Shown: positions 44,351 through 50,420 of the stretch, one piece after another | Position numbering within the stretch: position 1 is the stretch's first letter | How the letters are laid out: each line of letters opens with the position of its first letter | From: an uncultured Acidobacteriota bacterium | GTDB taxonomy: Bacteria; Acidobacteriota; Terriglobia; JAJPHL01 | DNA length: 50,420 nucleotides | Direction: 5' to 3' | NCBI GenBank assembly: GCA_964601345.1 | Contig: CAZRND010000001.1 | Span: 1 to 50,420 of the forward strand | Translations under genes and position numbers: made by a program | The notes under the pieces: model-generated | What the model saw: the letters and a program-made list of their open reading frames with translations, nothing else | Told to the model about the DNA's origin: nothing | Databases searched by the model: none

Positions 44351-44885
44351 GCGCGACCTCCCGCACGGCGATGGCGGCGCGCTTCACGGCGCGGCAAATC
44401 TGCATGTAGCCCGTGCACCGGCAGATGTTTCCGGAAATCGATTCACGAACCTGCGCGTCGGTCGGTTCTTCTTGCACCGCCAGCAGTGCGCGAAGCGACA
44501 GGATCATGCCCGGCGTGCAGAATCCGCACTGCGCGCCGCCTTCCTCGACGAAAGCGCGCTGCAAGGCGTCGAGCTCTCCTTGCGTCGCCAGGCTCTCGAT
44601 GGTCTCGATCTTGGCTTGCCGGCAGCTCACCGGCAGAAGCACGCAGGAGAGCATCGGCACGCCGTCGACGAGCACGGTGCAGGAGCCGCAACTGGAATCG
44701 TCGCAACTGCACTTGGTTCCGGTAAGGCGCAGGTCTTCGCGCAGCACTTCGAGCAGCGTTCGATTGGGATACACGGCCAGGGCGTGCGCGCGGCCGTTCA
44801 AATGCCGCTGGCAAAGTTCCTTCTTCTTGAATCGGCACCATTCTCTCACACTGCGTTGTTCTGGGTATGGTAGGCTTTTCGCCAT
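44343..44885 (-). CDS. [2Fe-2S]-binding small subunit of the molybdoenzyme
   Basis: LNGRAHALAVYPNRTLLEVLREDLRLTGTKCSCDDSSCGSCTV...CVLL and GAQCGFCTPGM...GNICRCTGY. Start is ATG 44885 or GTG 44849. Confidence 0.8.
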   Translation of the reverse strand: MAKSLPYPEQRSVREWCRFKKKELCQRHLNGRAHALAVYPNRTLLEVLREDLRLTGTKCSCDDSSCGSCTVLVDGVPMLSCVLLPVSCRQAKIETIESLATQGELDALQRAFVEEGGAQCGFCTPGMILSLRALLAVQEEPTDAQVRESISGNICRCTGYMQICRAVKRAAIAVREVAHA

Positions 44886-46287
44886 GCGCCGAATCCTTTT
44901 TCTGCTTTGCTTTTGTCTCCCGTCTCTCTTTGCCGCCGACAAGTACACGGTCGACTGGAAGTCGCTCGAAGCCGAGATTCTGGAGCACTACTCGAATCTC
45001 ATTCGTCTCGACACCAGCAATCCGCCGGGCAACGAGACCAAGGCGGCGGAGTACCTCAAGAAGGTGCTCGACCGCGAAGGCATCCCCGCGCAGATCTACG
45101 AAATGGAACCGGGACGCGGCAATGTGCTGGCGCGCCTCAAGGGCAACGGCTCGAAGAAGCCGATCCTGCTCATGGGACACCTCGACGTCGTCGGCGTGCA
45201 GAAAGAAAAGTGGACGGTCGATCCGTTCGCCGCCGTGCGCAAAGACGGCTTCGTCTACGGCCGTGGCTCGATCGACGACAAGGACAAGGTCACCAGCGTC
45301 CTGATGGTCGCGCTGCTGCTGAAGCGGATGAAGATTCCGCTCGACCGCGACGTCATCATCCTCGGCGAGGCGGGCGAGGAGGGAACGTCGAGCGTGGGCA
45401 TCGGATTCATGGTCGCCCAGCACTGGGACGAAATCGCCTGCGAGTACGCCGTCACCGAGGGCGGCGGGATGTCGTCGCGCGACGGCAAGGTACGAACAGT
45501 GGAGATCGCCACGACGGAAAAAGTTCCTCGTGGCATGCGGCTCGTTGCGCACGGGATGGCCGGACATGGCTCGCGCCCGCGCCTCGACAACGCCATTGCG
45601 CATCTCTCGCGCGCCATCTGGAAAGTCGCCGCGAACCAACCTCCCATGCGTCTGAACGACACGACTCGCGCTTACTTCGAACGCTTGGCGACGATCAGCG
45701 CTCCTGAAGACGCGACTCGCTACAACCACCTGACCGACCCCAAGTTCTCGCAATCCGTGCAGGACTACATGCTCGAGCACGAGGCCTCGCACTATTCGAT
45801 GCTACGGACGTCCGTGGTTCCCACCATCATCAAGGGCGGCTTCCGCTCGAACGTGATTCCGTCCGAGGCCGAAGCGACGCTCGACGTCCGCGCATTGCCG
45901 GACGAGAACATACCGAAGCTGATCGAGTGGATGAAGAACCTCATCGACGACCCGGCGGTCGAGATCGTTCAGACGCGATCGGGCGGCCGCGAGCCCGGCG
46001 CGCCGTCGCGGATCGACAGCGAAATGTTCAAGTCCTTCGAAGCGACGCAAAAGGAGATGTTCCCAGGAGCGGTCACACTGCCCGCGATGCTCACCGGCGC
46101 GACCGACAACGCGCAGCTTCGCGCCAAAGGCGTGCAAGCCTACGGATTCGGTCCGATCGTGGATGAAAAAGACACTGTGGCCGGAGGCGGCGCGCACGGC
46201 GACGACGAACGGCTGCGGGAAACCTCGCTCTACAAGGAAGTGGAGTTTCTGTGGCGCAGCATCATCCGCGTGGTGGCGCCCAACTAA
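44884..46287 (+). CDS. Secreted M20-family metallopeptidase
   Basis: ATG 44884 gives signal peptide MRRILFLLCFCLPSLFAADK. It also has LLMGHLDVVGV, YGRGSIDDKD and GEAGEEG. The track ORF from 44413 is an antisense-overlap artefact. Confidence 0.8.
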   Translation: MRRILFLLCFCLPSLFAADKYTVDWKSLEAEILEHYSNLIRLDTSNPPGNETKAAEYLKKVLDREGIPAQIYEMEPGRGNVLARLKGNGSKKPILLMGHLDVVGVQKEKWTVDPFAAVRKDGFVYGRGSIDDKDKVTSVLMVALLLKRMKIPLDRDVIILGEAGEEGTSSVGIGFMVAQHWDEIACEYAVTEGGGMSSRDGKVRTVEIATTEKVPRGMRLVAHGMAGHGSRPRLDNAIAHLSRAIWKVAANQPPMRLNDTTRAYFERLATISAPEDATRYNHLTDPKFSQSVQDYMLEHEASHYSMLRTSVVPTIIKGGFRSNVIPSEAEATLDVRALPDENIPKLIEWMKNLIDDPAVEIVQTRSGGREPGAPSRIDSEMFKSFEATQKEMFPGAVTLPAMLTGATDNAQLRAKGVQAYGFGPIVDEKDTVAGGGAHGDDERLRETSLYKEVEFLWRSIIRVVAPN

Positions 46288-47105
46288 TGATGCCCGTGAT
46301 ACTTTTCGCCCGCGTCGATGCGCACTGTTAACTGATTTTCTTTCGGAGGCAGCGGGCACGTTGCGTAAGGCGTGAAGGCGCACGGCGGATTGTAGGCCTT
46401 GTTGAAGTCGAGAACCACGTGCCCGTCCTTGGGCATCTCGGAATAAAGGAAGCGGCCCGCCGGATAAGTTTCCTTGCCGCTCGTCCCGTCCTTGATGATG
46501 TAGAAAAGCTCCTTGGCGTCCGGTTCTTCGAGAATCGGAACCAGCTTGTACTCCTTGCCGGCCAGAGTGAAAACGGCGTAGCCGGGACTGGGACTGTTTT
46601 CGATCTCGCCTAAGACGTTCGGCACCGGCACGATTTTCTGGTGAGACACGAATTTCGCAGTGACGCGAAATTCTTCTTTCACCGGATACCAGTCGAGGCC
46701 CTTGAAATCCTTGCGGTACTGGCTCTCTTTGTCCTTTGCGCGGATGGCGTAACGTTTGCCGCGCTTGATGACCATCATGGCGATCCGCCCGTAACGCAGG
46801 ACCTCGGCGGGGCCGGATTCATCCGACTTCAGCTCGCGTCCGTCGAGCCGCGTCACGCCGTGATGGAACTCGAAGACGCCCGCGTGCGCCGCGATCGATC
46901 CCGCGGGGAGAACGATGTCGTTCGATGGATCGGAGCCGAAAGTGTTAGGCCCTTCCTTGAGCCAGAAGAGTCCGGCCAGCGTCAGCCACCCTTCGTCTTT
47001 CTGCAGGCCTTTTTCCATCTGCTGGCGCCAGGCCTGCACGGAAGCGACGTAGTCGCCGCTTCCCGCCGCGAGCGCGGCCAGGCACAAGACCCAGTCGAAG
47101 AGCAT
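46284..47105 (-). CDS. DUF1684-domain protein
   Basis: C-terminal FNKAYNPPCAFTPYATCPLPPKENQLTVRIDAGEK is the DUF1684 signature. Confidence 0.75.
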   Translation of the reverse strand: MLFDWVLCLAALAAGSGDYVASVQAWRQQMEKGLQKDEGWLTLAGLFWLKEGPNTFGSDPSNDIVLPAGSIAAHAGVFEFHHGVTRLDGRELKSDESGPAEVLRYGRIAMMVIKRGKRYAIRAKDKESQYRKDFKGLDWYPVKEEFRVTAKFVSHQKIVPVPNVLGEIENSPSPGYAVFTLAGKEYKLVPILEEPDAKELFYIIKDGTSGKETYPAGRFLYSEMPKDGHVVLDFNKAYNPPCAFTPYATCPLPPKENQLTVRIDAGEKYHGHH

Positions 47106-47127
47106 GAAGCGATTCTACCCTAAAGAT

Positions 47128-47670
47128 TCAGTTGATGAATCGCGTGGCCAGAGGCGTGGCCAGGAACTTCGCCGCCTCGAGCCCAGTGCGGAGCCTTTCC
47201 AGGCAGCGATCGGGCTCCGCTTTCGCGCCCACGGTCTTGAGCACCTGCGCGCAGGAAATCGCCTGGCGCGCGGTGAAGAGCATTTCAACGACCCGCCGGC
47301 AGCGAGGCGGAAGGTTAAGCACCGCGGTGTTCAGGGCTCGCCGGCGGTTCCAATCAGCCAGCGCCTCTCGCAGAATCTCGTCCGCCGCGTTTTGAAACCA
47401 GCGGCTTTCTTCCTGCCCTGCCGGGCCCACGTGTCGCTGGATCCGGCCCAGGCTCTTGTCTCTCGCCGAATTCAGGAGCCAATGCGGCAGAACCTCGGGA
47501 TCGTCGCGACACGGCTGAAGTGCCGCCCAGTCCAGAAACACTTCCCCGAAGACCGCCGACGCTTCCTCGCGGGACAAACCAAACAACACCGGGACCGAAT
47601 AGACCAGGTCCTGATACTTTTCTAGAATCGCCAGCCAGATGGTTTGTTCGGATTCCTGATTCGCGCTCAT
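47128..47670 (-). CDS. ECF-type sigma-70 family factor
   Basis: ATG 47670 is preceded by GAGGAGAGG. Region 2-like ILEKYQDLVYSVPVLFGLSREEASAVFGEVFL, region 4-like LNLPPRCRRVVEMLFTARQAISCAQVLKTVG. Confidence 0.7.
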   Translation of the reverse strand: MSANQESEQTIWLAILEKYQDLVYSVPVLFGLSREEASAVFGEVFLDWAALQPCRDDPEVLPHWLLNSARDKSLGRIQRHVGPAGQEESRWFQNAADEILREALADWNRRRALNTAVLNLPPRCRRVVEMLFTARQAISCAQVLKTVGAKAEPDRCLERLRTGLEAAKFLATPLATRFIN

Positions 47671-47687
47671 TGAAGCCTCTCCTCGAT

Positions 47688-49010
47688 TCACTGGTTGCCC
47701 GACGCCAGCCACGCGCTGATGGCCTGATAGATATCCAAGCGGCCATGTCCCGCGCCCGGCGCGATCGCCTGCGCATTGGCGACGGCCTGCGCCGCGTTCG
47801 ATTCGTTCACGCTTCCGCCCAATCCAGAGAGCAGCGCGACGGTGCCCGAGACAAAGGGCGCGCTAAAGGACGTGCCCCAGGTTGCCGCCCAAGCTCCCCA
47901 CGGATACGTAGTGATGATGCCCTCGCCCGGCGCGCCAACCCACGCCACGTTGGGACCGTAGTTGGAGAAGGAAGAAAGCTGGTCGAAGTTTGACGTGGAT
48001 GCGACGCCCATCACGGCGCTCTGGTAAGCGGCCGGGTATACGAGCGTGTTCTGGCCGTTGTTGCCCGCCGAAGCCACGCATACCACTCCTTGCCGGCCGG
48101 CATTGGTGACGGCGGCGCTCAGTTCCCGGGAATCGTGCGCGATGCTGAAGCTCATGTTGATGACCGTCGCTCCGTTGTGCGTCGCGTAGTGGATGGCTCG
48201 GAGCACGTCGGAGAGGTAACCGCTGCCGTCGGCCTTGAAGGCCTTGAGCGGCATGATCGAGGCGGCCGGCGCCACCAGGTGAATTACGCCCGCAACCATC
48301 GTCCCATGTCCGAAAGCGGCGTACTCGGGGCGATTCAAATAGGCGGCCGTGGACTGATCGAGCACGGCGGCCGTCGATTGGTTGACAAAGGCCGGCTGCT
48401 GGCCGTCGAGCACCGCGGCGGTGGACTGGGCGAGGTCGGCCTTTTCGTCGGCGCCGCCTCCCTGATTGCGCGTGAAATCGTAGCCGGGCACGAGTACCGG
48501 CTGCAGCACAGGCTGGCTGGCGTCCACGCCCGTGTCAATCACGGCCACCACACCCGCGCCCTGGGCGTTGAATCCATTTTGTGCATCGGCCAGGCGCACG
48601 ATTTGCGCCGCCGGCTGCGCCACGTATCCATGAATCACGGAAGCCCCGAAGTAGTTCACGAGCGCGTTGTCGTAGAGAGCGGGCGGCGGCCCCGAGGCAG
48701 CGGCCGACTGGCTGACCTTGCCGAGTTGGTCGAGCTCGGCATTCAGGACACCCGGTACCATCCTCAGCAGCGCCAAGTACAGGTTGGGATCGACCGCGAC
48801 GGACGTCGTCACCAGGAAGAGCTGGCCCGCTGCTCCGTCCAGCCCTACCTGGACGGAGCAGCCGAGGAACGCGCACACGCTCTGTAGCGCATCCGCGCCG
48901 AACTGGTCCCGCACAATGAACCGGTTGTCGGCATGACCTTCGAGCGGGGCAAACGCCATCCAGGCGAGGAGGAACATCAAGCATGCGGGATGAGGGGGGC
49001 GCAGCTTCAT
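47688..49010 (-). CDS. Secreted S8 (subtilisin-family) serine peptidase
   Basis: Signal peptide, catalytic triad contexts VAVIDTGVD, HGTMVAGV and GTSFSAPFVSG. Confidence 0.85.
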   Translation of the reverse strand: MKLRPPHPACLMFLLAWMAFAPLEGHADNRFIVRDQFGADALQSVCAFLGCSVQVGLDGAAGQLFLVTTSVAVDPNLYLALLRMVPGVLNAELDQLGKVSQSAAASGPPPALYDNALVNYFGASVIHGYVAQPAAQIVRLADAQNGFNAQGAGVVAVIDTGVDASQPVLQPVLVPGYDFTRNQGGGADEKADLAQSTAAVLDGQQPAFVNQSTAAVLDQSTAAYLNRPEYAAFGHGTMVAGVIHLVAPAASIMPLKAFKADGSGYLSDVLRAIHYATHNGATVINMSFSIAHDSRELSAAVTNAGRQGVVCVASAGNNGQNTLVYPAAYQSAVMGVASTSNFDQLSSFSNYGPNVAWVGAPGEGIITTYPWGAWAATWGTSFSAPFVSGTVALLSGLGGSVNESNAAQAVANAQAIAPGAGHGRLDIYQAISAWLASGNQ

Positions 49011-49642
49011 GCTTCCTCCACGCCGGCGGCGTCGGGTAGGTTGAGACAGATCGTCTCATCCGGCCCCAAGCGAAACGACATCATCAGATCACGGGCCTGG
49101 CCGGACTGGATGTCCAGCCGGAATTCCCCGAGCGGATTCGTCATAGTTCCGCGCAGCACCTGCGCTCGTTTGCCCAGCAACACGGGGAGGGCTCCTACCG
49201 GAACGCCGGACCCGCAGAGAATCTGGCCGGTCAAATGGATCGGCGCGGCGACGTCGATCCTCTCCAGGCAAATGTCCACCACGTGCGGGGAAGCGTCATA
49301 GAGAAGTTGTCGCACGTTGGTTGGGGTCCACAGGCCGCGGAAGCCGGCGGCGTGGCGCTGGATGGCGCTGTCGAACGTCAAACGGGCGAAGACGGCGTTA
49401 TCGAAAGGAACCTCGTTGCCGGCAATCGCCGCAAGCGTCGATTTCACCAGGCACACCGCGCCTTCGGGCGGACGGAACAGCACGCTGTTGCGGGCAATCG
49501 TCCAGACCTGTCGCAAGAACGCCTCCGACTGTGAACAGGGCTCGCATCCGAACCGCAGATGGTCCGCCATTTCGGCGCCGCGTTCGGCAGGGATCAGGCC
49601 CCGCGCGTAATCGGTCCATTCTTCAAGAGGATAATGGTCCAC
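49007..49642 (-). CDS. Anti-sigma-like protein (zf-HC2-type H-x4-C-x2-C) with a C-terminal carboxypeptidase-regulatory-like beta domain
   Basis: GTG 49642 is preceded by AAGGGGGA. EEWTDYARGLIPAERGAEMADHLRFGCEPC resembles zf-HC2 anti-sigma N-termini. The C-terminus reads LTGQILCGSGVPVGALPVLL...TNPLGEFRL. No TM helix is seen. ATGA-type overlap with the S8 gene. Confidence 0.5.
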   Translation of the reverse strand: MDHYPLEEWTDYARGLIPAERGAEMADHLRFGCEPCSQSEAFLRQVWTIARNSVLFRPPEGAVCLVKSTLAAIAGNEVPFDNAVFARLTFDSAIQRHAAGFRGLWTPTNVRQLLYDASPHVVDICLERIDVAAPIHLTGQILCGSGVPVGALPVLLGKRAQVLRGTMTNPLGEFRLDIQSGQARDLMMSFRLGPDETICLNLPDAAGVEEA

Positions 49643-49823
49643 GGCTTCCCCCTTGTACTTCGACGGCCCAGGAAGCACGTCGGATGCCACGAGACATCGA
49701 GAGAAACCAGAGCTAACCAAAACAAATCATTGGTGGTTGCAGATCAGGCCCGTGGCGGATTCGCGCAACGTCTTGCGCGCGTGCATTCTTCTGCGCGCAA
49801 GACGTTGGCGTTTCGAATTTACC

Positions 49824-50420
49824 CTATCCGACCTTCTGCTTGATGATCGCCGCGATTCCGCGCATCCGTTCCGCGTCGGACTGCGACTTCGCCCCGGCGG
49901 CATCCTTGCCGAGACTCGCGCCGAGCGCCTTGAGCTTGGCGGCTTCCTTCTTGTCGGAAGGCGTCGCTTCGACCTTGGTGATCGCCGCGTGGATCGCCGC
50001 AATCCGGTCGGCGGCGAGCGAGTTTCCTCGCGACAGTTGGTCGAGATACGCGCGAGCCACCACGTAGCTCGACGGCCAGGTGATCTTCGGCTGGTTCTGC
50101 ACGTTGAGCTCGTCGAAGTGCACGAGCTTGGCGGCATCAATTTCGTTTTGCGTAATGTATTTGTTCGGCACGAGCTTCAGCACGTCCACGCCGCGCGCAA
50201 TCTCCGAACCGTAGATGTAGCCGTTGTACCAATAGGTGGACCACTGGCCGCCCATGCCGCGCTTCGAATCGTCCACCGGCCCGCGATCGAAGAAGGCGAC
50301 CTCGACCGGATGCGACGCCTCGGTGAAATCGACAACCGAGATGCCCCCCTGATACCAGGACTGCACCATGATGTCGCGCCCGGGGATCGGGATCAGCGAC
50401 CCGTTGTGGGCCACGCAATT
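49824..50420 (-). CDS. C-terminal part of a beta-propeller (LVIVD-repeat-like) protein with a helical tail; 5' end lies outside the window
   Basis: The frame is open to the window edge. ...IMVQSWYQGGISVVDFTEASHPVEVAFFDRGP...WYNGYIYGSEIARGVDVLKL resembles LVIVD-repeat proteins (recollection). Confidence 0.4.
   Translation of the reverse strand, partial: NCVAHNGSLIPIPGRDIMVQSWYQGGISVVDFTEASHPVEVAFFDRGPVDDSKRGMGGQWSTYWYNGYIYGSEIARGVDVLKLVPNKYITQNEIDAAKLVHFDELNVQNQPKITWPSSYVVARAYLDQLSRGNSLAADRIAAIHAAITKVEATPSDKKEAAKLKALGASLGKDAAGAKSQSDAERMRGIAAIIKQKVG

Noticed and set aside
1-50420. I looked for CRISPR arrays, tRNA, rRNA and tmRNA genes and riboswitch-like leaders.
   Set aside because: There are no regularly spaced direct repeats and no cloverleaf-compatible segments. 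Outside the island the intergenic spaces are too short to hold such elements. This was an inspection by eye only, so a covariance-model scan (tRNAscan-SE, Infernal/Rfam) would be decisive.

Overview
This is a high-GC chromosomal segment, probably Acidobacteriota-like; that guess rests on two giant TonB-dependent receptors with N-terminal carboxypeptidase-regulatory-like domains plus FecR, CHASE2 and ECF modules. I call about 46 genes. Most are tightly packed, often overlapping, ordinary functions:
- a split AtuA/DUF1446 gene, a 4HBT thioesterase and histidine ammonia-lyase
- two glycosyltransferases, a prepilin peptidase and a PAS histidine kinase
- M20, M1 and S8 peptidases
- a CHASE2 kinase / NtrC-type regulator / FecR-like operon
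- a heterodimeric ABC exporter and lpxB
- a macro-domain / MidA cluster
- a three-subunit molybdo-flavo-iron-sulfur dehydrogenase in small-large-medium order, with an amidohydrolase
- DUF1684 and an ECF sigma module

I found no rRNA, tRNA or CRISPR array.

The one clearly accessory stretch is a lower-GC island of about 5.9 kb (roughly 19362-25267). It contains:
- an NYN RNase-fold gene cleanly split by a 1244-bp IS3-family element (5-bp GTACT target duplication, A AAA AAC frameshift site)
- a 63-aa basic ORF
- a 516-aa protein whose N-terminus looks AbiV/HEPN-like, fused to an unassignable C-terminal half
- a 448-aa protein ending in a two-helix glycine-rich membrane hairpin
- two copies of a roughly 105-nt imperfect-dyad repeat, each starting exactly at the stop codon of a minus-strand ORF and sharing a 15-nt core that is a perfect Shine-Dalgarno or anti-Shine-Dalgarno string

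I regard this island as the best candidate for an undescribed, probably defence or toxin-type, system. All functional calls come from motif recognition by eye, not from database searches.
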